A stretch of DNA of 64,000 bases, taken from contig NIVC01000100.1 in assembly GCA_002269645.1 (NCBI GenBank), positions 558,001-622,000 on the forward strand, written 5' to 3'. This stretch comes from Macrostomum lignano. Lineage: Eukaryota. The position numbers and the translations under genes were made by a program. The notes below the pieces were generated by a model. The model was not told the DNA's origin. It ran no database searches and worked only from the letters and a program-made list of their open reading frames with translations. Shown one piece after another: positions 48,557 through 60,248 of this stretch; position 1 is the first letter of the stretch, and each line of letters begins with the position of its first letter.

Positions 48557-50231
48557 ATGGAAGGCAAAGAGAATGACGAGTTTGAGTTCATGGAAGACGG
48601 ACCAGAGTTTGACGATATATTAGCAGAGTTCGACGGGCCTTGGCCCCTAAATCAGAAATCAGAGCAACAACAGCAGTCGGCACAGCCGACTGAGCAGCAA
48701 CCGCAGCAAATCGAGCAATCAATGAAGCAGCAGGCGGCGCAGCAGCCAGAGCAGTTGCAGCAGAAGGCGTCTTCGCCTCGGCAGCCGTTGCAGGAACAGC
48801 AACAGAACGAGCTCGGTGCGGCGGCAGCTCAGCAGCCGGAGCCGTCAACAAAGCCGAAGCGTTCTGCCCCGCCTGAGGAAGACAACCCAGAGGCGAAGCG
48901 GATGGCTGTATCAAAGCTGCCAGTACCCCATGACCCCACTGCTCGATGGCAGATGGTGCGAGTACAGGCCATGCGGTCGGTTGTTGTACAGCCAACCATG
49001 CTGCAGCGTCATTCGCCTGGCGCTCGGGCAATAGTCGTTCTCGACAGTCCGCCGCCGCAACGTCGTCAGGCCCCCCGGCTGACTGTGCAGCGCCGGCTGA
49101 TGCCGAAGCCGCAACAATCTCAGCAGCCTCAGCAGCGACAGCAACCAGCCTCACATCCAGCAGGCCTCCGAGCAGCTCCAGACACTGGCTAGACCCCATC
49201 GGGGCTGGCCGCCAGTGCTGGACTGTCAGGCGTGGGGTGGAAGGTCCGCTGGCCACGGACACGAAAGCTGGAATAACGGCCCCTCTGCTGGGGTAGACCC
49301 TGGTGGACCTGGTGGCAGGCTCGCCGACATGCCCTCTGCACACTCACGCGGCGACGCGGTGGTGCAAGGCCCCTGTCCTATGGTGAGCGGGACAAAGACG
49401 GCTGGCTGTGCCATGTTGCAGTCAGACCGTTCCCGTAGGCCCAATGACCAGGTGACCCAGCTGGGCCGTCATCAACAACAACAACAACAACAACAACAGC
49501 AGCGACAGCAGCAGCATCGGCAGCAGCAGCAGCGGCCTCAGCAGCAGCAGCAGCCTCGGCACCAGCAGCGGAAGCAGCCGCCTCAGCATCAGCCGCCTCA
49601 GCCGTCTCAGCATCAGCCACCTCAGCCGTCTCAGCATCAGCCGCCTCAGCCGTCTCAGCATCAGCCGCCTCAGCCGTCTGAGCATCAGCCGCCTCAGCCG
49701 TCTCAGCATCAGCCGCCTCAGCCGTCTCAGCATCAGCCGCCTCAGCTGTCTCAGCATCAGCCGCCTCAGCCGTCTCAGCATCAGCCGCCTCAGCCGTCTC
49801 AGCATCAGCCGCCTCAGCCGTCTCAGCATCAGCCGCCTCAGCCGTCTCAGCATCAGCCGCCTCAGCCGTCTCAGCATCAGCCGCCTCAGCCGTCTCAGCA
49901 TCAGCCGCCTCAGCCGTCTCAGCATCAGCCACCTCAGCCGTCTCAGCAGCAGCAATCGTCTCTGGCCCAAGGCGCGACTGCCATCCCGCAGATGGCCTCT
50001 AATTGCCGGGCCGCTGCCAGATACCTATATGTGCCAGGTAATCAGCGAGAAGTACAACAGTATGCTGGTTACGGCGCCGACTTCGGGGCGGCTATGGGCC
50101 AGATGACGGCGGAACAGCAGGCCAGGTTTAAAAGGCTGATCGCTGTAATTAAAGGTTATTTGATGCGAATCGCCTACTTGCGTCTGGACAGGCCGCTGCT
50201 CTGCGAGCCCAGGTGCGGCAGGCTTGCATAA
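48557..50231 (+). CDS. Q/P-rich ORF(s) of unknown function downstream of gypsy pol (48557-49192, 49215-50231)
   Basis: Long open frames with an acidic N-terminus, QHQPPQPS repeats and a non-repetitive C-terminus; no recognisable domain. Confidence 0.4.
49470..49950. repeat. CAA/CAG runs plus a 24-nt repeat (cagcatcagccgcctcagccgtct)
   Basis: About 15 units encoding QHQPPQPS. Confidence 0.95.
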
Positions 50232-50824
50232 TGCTCCGTCAGGAATTCTCTGCTGAGCAAGCCGTGGCCGCCTGGCGCCGAGCAGTCGGCTACGTCTGCA
50301 CGATCTGACGTAGGGATTTGGGATAAGAAGTCGGCCTTAGCAGAACCCGTGAATTCGCCATCTTGAATCATTTTGAGATCAATATTTTAATTCACAAATT
50401 TATGGAAATTGATAATTCAATTGGGAAAAGCTGTTGGCGCTATTTTTAGCCCGCCCGGCCCGTCTGGGGATACTCCTGCCCGTCGGCCCCTCTCCCATCC
50501 CCCCTCTCTCGCCCATCTCTCCCTTCCCCCCTCGTGCACAAACCCCCCCCCCCGTTTTTTTTCTTTTGTTCAATTGACGGTCTGTCGAACACCCAAATGT
50601 TTTATTGACCCCCATAATCGAGTTTTTTTCTTTTTGATCCCAAAGCGATTTGTAACGAGTCGAATGTGAGGGGGTTTTGACGCAAAGTCACCCCCCTCTG
50701 TTTGTTATCTGATCCTTTCGAACTAGCGAAATTCTGCATGTGAATTGATTCAACTTTTCTCTCTGCGAATTCGGTTAGTCTGTAAGAGCAATTTTTATTT
50801 TCGATAAGCGTAGTAAGTTGAGAA

Positions 50825-51520
50825 ATGGAGAGCTTGAGTGTAAACGCCATCAAAGAAGAAAGCTACTCACCACTATCGTCGGGTGCAACGAGCCCACACA
50901 ATCGCGGCGGACTGGGCAGCACTGGAGGTCGGCCGGCCATTCTTCAAGCGTTTCGACACCTAGAAGAAGAAAGCGTGAGAGAAACGGTTAGCAACGACGT
51001 GAGAGATCGAGTAATGCGGCAGCTGGGCACCCGCCTGCAAGGTGCGGGACTGTCGCACTACGCCCTACCGACTGCGGCCCGACAAGCTTTGGGAGAGCGA
51101 CACACACTGCGAGCGGCGCACTACAGGGCGGCGGCACAGTTAGGGTCGGAGCTGGCCTACCCCTGGTCAGAAATCGACAACAGCCTCTGGCGTGTGGTGT
51201 TGAATGACGCGTATGAGGCACTTAGCCGGCATTTTCGAGCACTAGAAGAGGCGGGGCCATGGCCGACATCGACTCTTTGGCCGAACTTGACTGCATCTCG
51301 CGCCTCTGCATCTCGACAATCCCAGCCGGGCAGTCCTCTACTTAGCCCAGCTAATGACGTATCCATACCCAGTGACAAAGGACTGCGGCCTGTCACCCAC
51401 GGCCGCTGCAGGAATCGTGTCAATGCTAAGCCGCAACGAAGTGCCGCTCGCATCTCTACAGATGGCAATGTATTCTCGGATCGTCTTGGGTCGGCGCGGC
51501 GCGGGCCTTATCGTCTTTAA
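50825..51520 (+). CDS. Unknown 231-aa ORF
   Basis: ATG in good context (gagaaATGG); helical-looking non-repetitive N-terminal two-thirds. Confidence 0.45.
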   Translation: MESLSVNAIKEESYSPLSSGATSPHNRGGLGSTGGRPAILQAFRHLEEESVRETVSNDVRDRVMRQLGTRLQGAGLSHYALPTAARQALGERHTLRAAHYRAAAQLGSELAYPWSEIDNSLWRVVLNDAYEALSRHFRALEEAGPWPTSTLWPNLTASRASASRQSQPGSPLLSPANDVSIPSDKGLRPVTHGRCRNRVNAKPQRSAARISTDGNVFSDRLGSARRGPYRL

Positions 51521-51992
51521 CGATGGACTACTGGCTATGCTGACTGATCTGACTCAGGTACTCTACATCTACGCCCCTCATCAGGCTGGCGAATGGGCGG
51601 CTCAGCTGGCTCTGCAAGAATGCCTGACCTATTCGGTAATCGTTCTAGCGGTCGGCGACGCACCAGAACTGTGGGGTGGTCTGCCACTCTCACATCCCTG
51701 CCCCCAGCACCTGCGCCAGCGGCTCGTCGTAGTCGCAGCTAACGAACGCGCGTGGCTGGTGGCCCCCGAGCAGCTGGAGTGTAACCAGCTTTACAACCAG
51801 CTCGTGCGAGAGATTGGCTACCCTTGTCTGCGAATCAACTACGGCCTAGTTAATGAAGTCTTCCACCGCGGCGAGATCACACCGCGGTCTGTCCTGAGCG
51901 AAGCGGCAGCCGGAGAAGCCGACAGAAAGATTGTGAAGATCGCTAGAGCAATTCTCTACCAGAGAGGCCTCACCGAGCACACAGGAATGTGA
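51354..51992 (+). CDS. Unknown alpha/beta ORF, possibly SGNH-hydrolase-like fold
   Basis: Alternating hydrophobic strands LIVFNDG, VIVLAVGD, LVVVA and a helix NQLYNQLVREI..CLRI; fold call is inference only. Confidence 0.4.
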   Translation: MTYPYPVTKDCGLSPTAAAGIVSMLSRNEVPLASLQMAMYSRIVLGRRGAGLIVFNDGLLAMLTDLTQVLYIYAPHQAGEWAAQLALQECLTYSVIVLAVGDAPELWGGLPLSHPCPQHLRQRLVVVAANERAWLVAPEQLECNQLYNQLVREIGYPCLRINYGLVNEVFHRGEITPRSVLSEAAAGEADRKIVKIARAILYQRGLTEHTGM

Positions 51993-52983
51993 GATAGGGC
52001 AAGCGCACTAATGTCTAAGTTGATTTTAGGAAAGATAATTCTTAGCCTAGAAAGCTCCAGCTAGTAACCGTGTACGGCTTGTGCCGCAATCTCCCTATTT
52101 TTTCTTCTCAGCTGGATTCAATTTCTCGTTCTGGACAGGTGAAACCCTCTTGCGCAGTTTTTGCCCTTGTAAATATCCTTTTTGCTTAAACATTACATGT
52201 GTTTGTGCTTCCTGCGCTAATATTTACTCTCGTGCTTACATTACTACTTTTGCTTATGCCTTATTTATTCTTGTATCTGTGCATGCTTCTCTGCCTATTC
52301 CCCTTTTTTTGCTTTTGCTCTAAAAATGCGTTTGCGTACTAAATGTCTTGAAAATTTGCTTACCTTGCTTACTCTTATTTGTCTGTGTGCATATCTGTAA
52401 ATGTTTATTTTTCTATAAATGTTGTGTTTTCCTATTTATTCTGCTAGTAGTAGTCACCATGCGTAATTATTTTATTTTCAATGGCGGAAACGAGTATGAT
52501 GTGTGACTGATTGCTTGCTTGACCTTTCATGTGTTTATATCAATTAAACCATTGCTTGAAGAGGAGTTGAAGTCTGTCTTGAGTTAAAAATGGAGATTGA
52601 AGTCTTGCCATGTTCATGAAACTTACTGAGCCGGAGCGAAGAAAGAAATTAATTTTAGTAAAAAGCTCTGAGTAGCCCTAGAAGGTCCGCCTGAACTAAT
52701 ACTAGATCAAATTAGGAGTGGCAGATTTAAGCTGAATTTCGCGGCCGTGCGATACTACTGATAGGTAGTAATACTGAGTGCAAAATAAAATAGTATTGTG
52801 TGAATTAAACTAGACGGAGAATGCGATTGAAGCGGAGTTTTGAAGACAAACCCTTTTGAAAGAACTTTAAAAATTTAACACTAGTGTTCAAAATTATTCT
52901 GCCTCTTATCTGAAACTCTATTAATAATACATCTTAAAGTACCTATCTGCACAGCACTGAATGGGCAAATGGGTAGGAGGGAG

Positions 52984-53585
52984 TGTACCCTGAAGGTTGC
53001 TGAGACTGTGGGATGGGTCTGGGATTATCCGATTGAGTAACGTGTACGGTAGAGTATCACAGAGCTGAGATGAGACTTACCAGTTGAGGATCGGAGGTCT
53101 GCAGTGGCTGGCCTGGCTCGGTGCAAGCCAACAAATGCGGCAGTGGCGAGGTGTTGGTTGGCGAGCGAGATGCTGTCGTGAGAGTTGCAGGACTCGAAGA
53201 CGAAAATGATAATTTGTGGATGACCCGAGTGGTCAGTCGCTTTATCTCCCTGCGAACTCGAGGTGGTTGAAGTCATCCTCCCCCAGCAGCGTCTCGGCCA
53301 GTCAGCAAAGGCGATTCGAGGGTCTCTAAATCCTCTGAGGGTCGCCATTCGCCAACAGCCGCCAGATGAGCTCGGTATCCTCAGGCACGTGGACTCAGGC
53401 GGGAGGGGAGAATGTGCAACGCATTTTCCAACTTCCTCGCTCATCCTGGCTCGGGTCGGCCTCGCGCGACAAAGGAATTAAGCCATCGAGAGGCTTACCA
53501 GGTCGGATTGAGATTGACTAAAATGCGAATAATAGAGTTTGGTCTCTCCAAATAGGCGCTGGTTATTTCATTCATATTTCGCACA
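52984..53585 (+). mobile_element. Possible LTR after a polypurine tract
   Basis: gggtaggagggag immediately followed by TGTACC; no partner LTR found in the window. Confidence 0.3.
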
Positions 53586-53587
53586 TT

Positions 53588-54045
53588 TTGAACTATGTCT
53601 CTCGCGCGGCAATAATTTATCTGTCTATTATCCCCTTACATGTATCTCGCACTTAATACTGTATTTGCAATGCAATATTTAGTTGAAGCACCTTTCTTTT
53701 GATCCCTTTCTTTCTTCAATCCTTCCCTTTCCCCCTATTTCTTTCTCTTTTGGGATTTCCATTCTTGGGATGCGTATTAGTCTAATATTTTTAATACCCA
53801 TTTTGTGAGTAACTATTACATAATATTTTATATGAGTAACTAAAATATTAGACTAATACGCATCCCAAGAATGGAAATCCCAAAAGAGAAAGAAATAGGG
53901 GGAAAGGGAAGGATTGAAGAAAGAAAGGGATCAAAAGAAAGGTGCTTCAACTAAATATTGCATTGCAAATACAGTATTAAGTGCGAGATACATGTAAGGG
54001 GATAATAGACAGATAAATTATTGCCACGCGAGAGACATAGTTCAA
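53588..54045. repeat. Foldback inverted repeat with 204-bp arms and a 50-bp spacer
   Basis: 53588-53791 is the reverse complement of 53842-54045 with one mismatch seen. Confidence 0.95.
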
Positions 54046-54054
54046 TTAAATGAA

Positions 54055-55551
54055 GCTATTGTGCTGTGCTGGGGAGAATTACTGAGATGTCACGGCTCAC
54101 GGAGAATAACTGAGATTACGGGGGGGGGGTTCTGAGATGTCAAAGCAAAAGTCAGAAGCTACTTCAAAGTACATGTAGTTTACTCAATTTTTTATTATAT
54201 TCTTTGTTAGCGAATTCCAACTTTGTTGGTTACATTCTTTTGTCGAAGTCAGTCAAAAGATTCATTTAGGAATTGCTACGATGTCAAGGCTTGGAGGGAA
54301 TCGCTATAGTGCTGTGATTCTTGAAGAAGGAATCACTAAATTGTCAAGGCTTAGGGGAGAAGAATTGCTGAGATTTTAAGGCTTTAGGTTGGGTTAAAGT
54401 TAGGTTTAGGTCAGGTTAGGGTTGAGGGTTAGATTTTATCGGGTTTCAAGGTTAACAGGGGATTTTTCAGATATCAAGGTTTATGGGGGGCATCGCTAAC
54501 ATGTCAAGGCTTACGGGGGGAATAGCTGAGATGTCAAGGCTCACGGGGGAATAACTCAGATATCAAGGCTAAAATCAGAAGCTACATGTAGTTTATTGAA
54601 AACTTTTTTTCATTATTTGTTGGCTCCTCACGGGAGGGATCGCTTATAGAAAAAGCGTAATGTAAAAAATAAAAGAAGCTTCATGTCGAAGTTAAGAGAT
54701 TCATTTGGGAATCCCTACGATGTCGAGGCTTGCAGGGAATCGCTATAACGCAGTAGTGCTGCTATAATGACTCTTGGAGAGAATTACTGAAATTTCAATG
54801 TTTAGGGTTAGGTTAGGGTTAGGGTTAAGCGTTAGGGTTAGGGCTAGGGTTAGGCTAGGGTTAGGGTTGAAAGGTTGACAGATTTTTTTAGATTTCATGG
54901 CTTATGGGGGGCATCGCTGAGATGTTAAGTGGGAATTTGATATGTTAAAGCTTGTGGGGGGATTACTGACATGTCAAGGCTTACAAGGGACTGCTTGCAA
55001 AGCAGTATATTATTGTAAAGAGATGCAAATATTGCAAAGATATTGCAAAGAAATGCAACATGTAGCTTATTACAAAACTTGTACTGCATTTTTTGGCTCC
55101 CCAACGCTAAGATACTAAGCTAAAAAATACTACCAGCGCTTCACAAACTTATGCAGATATCAGGCTGTAGGGTTAGTGGTAACGTTGGTGTTAGGGTTTA
55201 GGGTTAGGGTTAGGGTTATAGCGTTAAGATTCAGGTTAGGGCTAGGGTTAGTTTAGCTTATAACTTAGCTCATGTAGCTTATTAAAAATGTTTATCATAG
55301 AAGTGTCATGCAAAAATAATGGAAGCGTCATGTGAAAAATCGTGGAAGCGTCATGCAAAAAATCATAGAAGCATCATGCAAAAACTCATGGACAAAATAT
55401 TAAATTTAGGGTTATGTTTAGGGTTAGGGTTAGGGCTAGAGCTATTATAAGTTTGACAGGAGATTTTTTAGAATTTCAAGGCTACATGTAGCTTATTAAA
55501 AAATGTGTATTTCATTTCTTTAGCTCCCCAACGGGGCGCGTAGATTGCTAG
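54055..55551 (+). mobile_element. Non-autonomous Helitron-like element with internal repeats and TTAGGG runs
   Basis: 3' end ctccccaacggggcgcgtagattgCTAG|T resembles the Helitron end at 60248; recurring gctgagatgtcaaggc motifs; 5' boundary uncertain. Confidence 0.55.
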
Positions 55552-55677
55552 TCAAAACTAATTGGCTTTGATCAAGGACATAGAAACGCAATTAATTGGC
55601 ATACATAGGCTTTTTGCAATAAATATGGTAGGCCTAATTAATGATTAAAAGTATCAAAACATTTTTTTTATTTTTAG

Positions 55678-57785
55678 GGTACATCATTGTGCATCAAAGA
55701 AGATGGTAAAACCTTCTTATGCACTCTGCTTATCAAGGGATGTCTCCTAGAAGTCCATCGATTCGCATCTGATCTAGAAAAGCAAATAAACTATTTTGGC
55801 GATGGCTTCGACACAGAAAATGCTCTAGACTTTGTACACGGTCAAGGTAATATTAAAAGTGTTTTCTAATAATAATGTAGTGACTGGCTGCTAACTGGCT
55901 ATTCAGCAGCATTCACTAGCTTTTCCTAAGGACGCTGCGATCCGCTGCACAGTGGCTCAGTCCATCTGATCTAGTGGGAGAGTTACCCTGTGCTGGGCCT
56001 AAGTGTTTACCACCGGATGACTCATCGCCTGAGCGGGCGCGGCAGCCACACTCAATGTCTTCCCCTCTCGCGCTGAGGAGCTGTAGCAGGATGACTCATC
56101 ACCTGCCCCGAGTGTAATGGCTGCCTAGAGGGAGTAAACAGGATGACTCATCTGCCCAAGTTCTATTTTTAGCACAGAAAAACACGTGACTGTGCACGCA
56201 CACTGTGCGTGGCCACTGACCTTGAGTCACGCCACTGCCGCGTGACAGGCTTGCCTCATTTGGAAGTCAGCCTTGGATCACGCGTTGCTCGCATGATCCT
56301 GATGACCAAATAAGGAAGTTTCACGCGCTCACCGCATGAAACTCACGTGACTTTTGGGGGTCTGCTCGGCTATAAATACGGAGCATCCGCGAGCCATTTT
56401 TCTCCAGATCGCGTCGTCCTGCCTGGGCTCGACCGGAGCTGCCTCTCTGCCTCCGAGCTCTCCTCTCTCATTTCAGGTTTTCAGGTTCGAGCAGCATTCT
56501 AATAAGACGATCGACTGTCGAGACATTTTTCAGATTTGCCTTTGCTCCGAGCGACTTCGTTATTTTATTTCAGGTGACGAATAGATCACTCTGCCGACGC
56601 GTCGAGGCCGCACACCAAGGTGGCAGCAACCCTACCAAGTCTAAGGTTAACGTTTTAGATTCTTTTCAGGCAAATCGATAGGTAGTACATTGGTACTATC
56701 TAGCTACTTCCGGAGCAGCGATTTCTATTTCTAGGAACATCTTCAAGAACTCCGGCAGGAGCGTAACAATAATATACTTAAAAATGAACTTATAGTGTCA
56801 TATATTTGATTCTATATTGTTTCTTATTCCATGTTAATTTTTGCCTTTTTCATATTTTATTTTTAGATGCCTGTGGCAATGTTGAACTGGACTCTGATTC
56901 TGACAATAGCATTGGTCATCAGGTGACAACCAATGCATTGGCTTTTACCAAGACTAAGCAACCTTGTAATTAGATTATTGCGCATTTGACATTTTAAGTT
57001 AGCCAATATTTTTAAATAAGGACAATGAGCTAATATTTCTTTTTTTGCCTCTTAATCTATTCAATATTTCTGATTATAGACAATCGTGCTTCTAATAATA
57101 TATCTAGTGGATCAAATGAATCAATCAGTAAGTTTTGTATCAGATAAATGTATTACTTAACTTCTAACTTTCTATCTTTTATCTAGCAGCTATCTTTAGA
57201 TGTTTTAATTTTTCCAATTCATTGAAGAAATACGCCTGCAGCAGGAGCAATTAAAGCTTCAGCTCATTGCTTCAGCTAATGTTGCATCTGGGGATGCCAG
57301 TGCAAACAATGAGCCTCTTAATGCAACTACCGATGGAGCTGCAACTCAAACTGGAATTTTTAGTGGCACTGTCTCCAATTTGGATGATGCACTTGTGCCT
57401 AGACCAGTGATGGGTGCTACCTTTTCATCATTAGCAAAGCAGGGACGAGGAGTCACTAATTTGGCTGCAGATGCCAGTAGCCAAGGAATGTCAAGCCTGC
57501 AGGCTGACACTATGATCCGTTTTCTCCAACAAATTAAGAACATTATGGTAGATGTTCGTGAGAATACTCGTCCTATTCATTCTACAGGTGAGGACCTAGT
57601 AAGAGCTGTGATTTATGCTATTGCTATGCCTTCTTGAGTTTGGCAATTCATAAAGAAAATGTGCCTATGATATGTTACCTGAATAGCTAAATTTTATGAA
57701 ATTCTTAAAGAATAGATTTTTTGAATTAATGATTACTTTTTTCTACATTATGATTTCACCTCAATATATTTCAGATGCTCTTTGA
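55678..57785 (+). CDS. 3' exons of an unidentified gene
   Basis: Phase-compatible GT-AG exons 55678-55846, 56867-about 56965, 57080-57127, 57228-57587, 57775-57785 (stop); 5' exons not found. Confidence 0.5.
55876..56768 (+). mobile_element. Solo LTR (893 bp) in an intron
   Basis: TG..CA ends, 4-bp TSD ATAA on both sides, TATAAATA near 56371, GC-richer than its flanks. Confidence 0.8.
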
Positions 57786-57841
57786 TTACCTGGGCAGGCA
57801 ATTATCTATCCAGGAATTGCATTCTATGACACCAACCTTCT

Positions 57842-60248
57842 TCTTATATACTAAATCTGAAAATGTTTGTAACTTTGTTTATAAGTTTCGCATCTCCTCT
57901 TGAACCACTTGGCAGATTTTCGTCAAATTTGTTTCATTCGATGTGGAATTCTACTGGGACCATGTGGTCTAATTTTCATTTTGATGTCGTAGTGTGAAGC
58001 CTCTCAAATTGGAGAAATACTGTATTTCACCTATCTAATTAGTGTATTTTTCTCGCAGTCAGAGTTAAATTTTCAATTTTATATCTATGGTGGTCCGTGA
58101 AGTTGACTACGCGGCCGCAGCATCAGCAGCAGCAGCAGCGGCGGCTCGAGTCTAAATAAAGTCTTTCAATATATAAAGCTAATTATATAGTGTATTTTTC
58201 TCGCATTGATTTTATAACCTTGAAGTTCTTTAAGGTGAGTTCAACCGGTGAGTTCAACCGGTGAGTCTGTTCAACTTCGATTCATTCGTATTCGTGCTGG
58301 ATTGGAGTGATTTGTCTGATCTTCTGTTTGTTTGTTTGTCGGCCTGAACCGGTCGACCTGTCTGATCTTCTGTTTGTTGTTCGATTATTTGTCGGCCTGA
58401 ACCGGTCGACCGGTCTCAACAATTTCATGTGAATGTGTCTCTTAGTTTTTGATACCTGGGCGCGGGTGTGCTGTCGCTCATGCCGAAGAGGAAGCGAAAG
58501 AGTGAGTTAGTAAATAGTCGGGAAGCAAAATTGCGTCGTCGGCAGGAAACAGCGGAGGAGCGTAATTCGCGGCTTGAGAAACAACTAGAGTATAGTCGGA
58601 AGCGTATACAGAACGAATCCATAAGTGCACGGTCTGACAGGTTAGATGCCGCGCGTGTTCGCGCGGCTGAAAGGCGAGCTAATGAGTCAGACGCAGGGCG
58701 TGTCTCTCGATTGAACGCCGCACGTGCCCACGACGCCGATATGCGAGCTACTGAGACAGACGCAGCACGCGCCTCAAGATTGGATGCTGCGCGTGGTCCG
58801 TTCAAAGCGCTCTCCGAACTACCAAGAATTGGAGTGAATGGGTAAGTCCATCCTCAAAATGTAGAATAAACAGGAAGATATATATACTTCACACATTTTC
58901 ATTCTTCATATTTTCAGTTTTGTTGATGTTCTCGGTGTCATTGTCAAAGTGGAACAACCCGTTGACGTCAACACGCGTTCCGGAAAGTTGGTGCAGCTCG
59001 CAAAAGTCTGCATCGTAGACAAATCTGGTTTTCAGACTTTTTGCAACTTCTGGGACGCCTCTGCTACCCAGGTACATTTGTGGAGACCAGGAGACGTAGT
59101 CGCCATTAGAAAAGCCAAGATTCAAGAGTACGCCGGCTCGCTTTGTCTTGGTTGCTCATCATCAACTATTTCGTATTCGCCTGTTCAGGACACTGCTCAA
59201 GATCTGAAAACCTGGTACGAAGAGTCCGAGAGCAGCACCCAATTTCTACCGCTAGCTAATAGCTCAACTATGGACATTACTGACACCGCAGCTGACGACG
59301 TGCTTGCATTTGAATTCCCAGCGTCGATGCAGCCGCATATCGACCGGATGCGTCGAGTTGTTATCCGCTGTGGAGCGCAACGGGTACTTATATATACATA
59401 TGTATATTAACGGGTATGATTTGACTTTTTAATAGTTTGTACTTGAAAAACACATTAATACACTTTCCATTTTAGTACGTTGGCCTGTTGAACATTTGTA
59501 ACGAATTCCTATGAAAGATGGAAAGCTTACGGGAAACTCCCTGAAAAATACGGGAATCTGCTACAACCCCAAGTAACCGAGGATATTTTATGGTTAAATA
59601 ATTATTTAGGATATGCTGCAAGTAATTTTAGGTTGCTGTTTAAGTTAATCGTTGTCGATTACGTTAAGATTCAATGCTGCTGAAAATTTCAATTTGCTAG
59701 ATCAAACTTTTGTTCTCAAACTTTCAAGCAAATTAACTACTACTTAAATTTGTTCCAGAATTTTTAATCGAATAAAACTAAACTAACCCAACTAACTAAA
59801 CTATACTAACTAACTAAATTCACCCACAAAAATACAATTGTAACCTTATGCCACATGCTAAAAGTAATAATTAAAAGCGAGTCCCTGAAATAAAAAGTGA
59901 TAAATTTGCCCGCAATAACTTCAACATGTCCATGGTCGGATGCTTTTCTTACTTGTTCTGTATATCAGCATACTTTTGAGTACAAAATGGACGTCGGTTT
60001 TATTTGATTGTTAATTTAGGCCTTAAAAATCCAATGGAAGATTGCGTCTAATCCAAAGAGAACTGTACAGTCTCCTTCCGAAGGGGGGGGGCAAATGTTA
60101 TTACATTACATTATTAATAAACTTATCACATTCATTCTTTGTTCCCCAACGGGGGGCGTGATAGTTTAAATTATTAATCTTGGACAAAAATGGAAACCAC
60201 TTAATTTGTGTCTTTTTGCGCCCCCCAACGGGGGGCTTAAATTGCTAG
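57842..60248 (+). mobile_element. Non-autonomous Helitron A carrying an STPR-RPA gene
   Basis: 5' TCTTATATACTAAATCT; 3' hairpin gccccccaacggggggc followed by CTAG; 5' region shared with Helitron B. Confidence 0.85.
58480..59514 (+). CDS. STPR-like repeat fused to an RPA70-type OB-fold, about 288 aa, exons 58480-58841, 58918-59383, 59476-59514
   Basis: ETAEERNSRL-type repeats; FVDVLGVIVKV..IVDKSG..NFW..GDVVAIRKAKIQEYAGSL; in-frame GT-AG joins. Confidence 0.78.

Noticed and set aside
32959-49970. Long antisense ORFs (32959-33507, 44556-44999, 47855-48388, 49378-49932, 49422-49970)
   Set aside because: They are shadows of sense-strand coding or repeat sequence with no independent motifs
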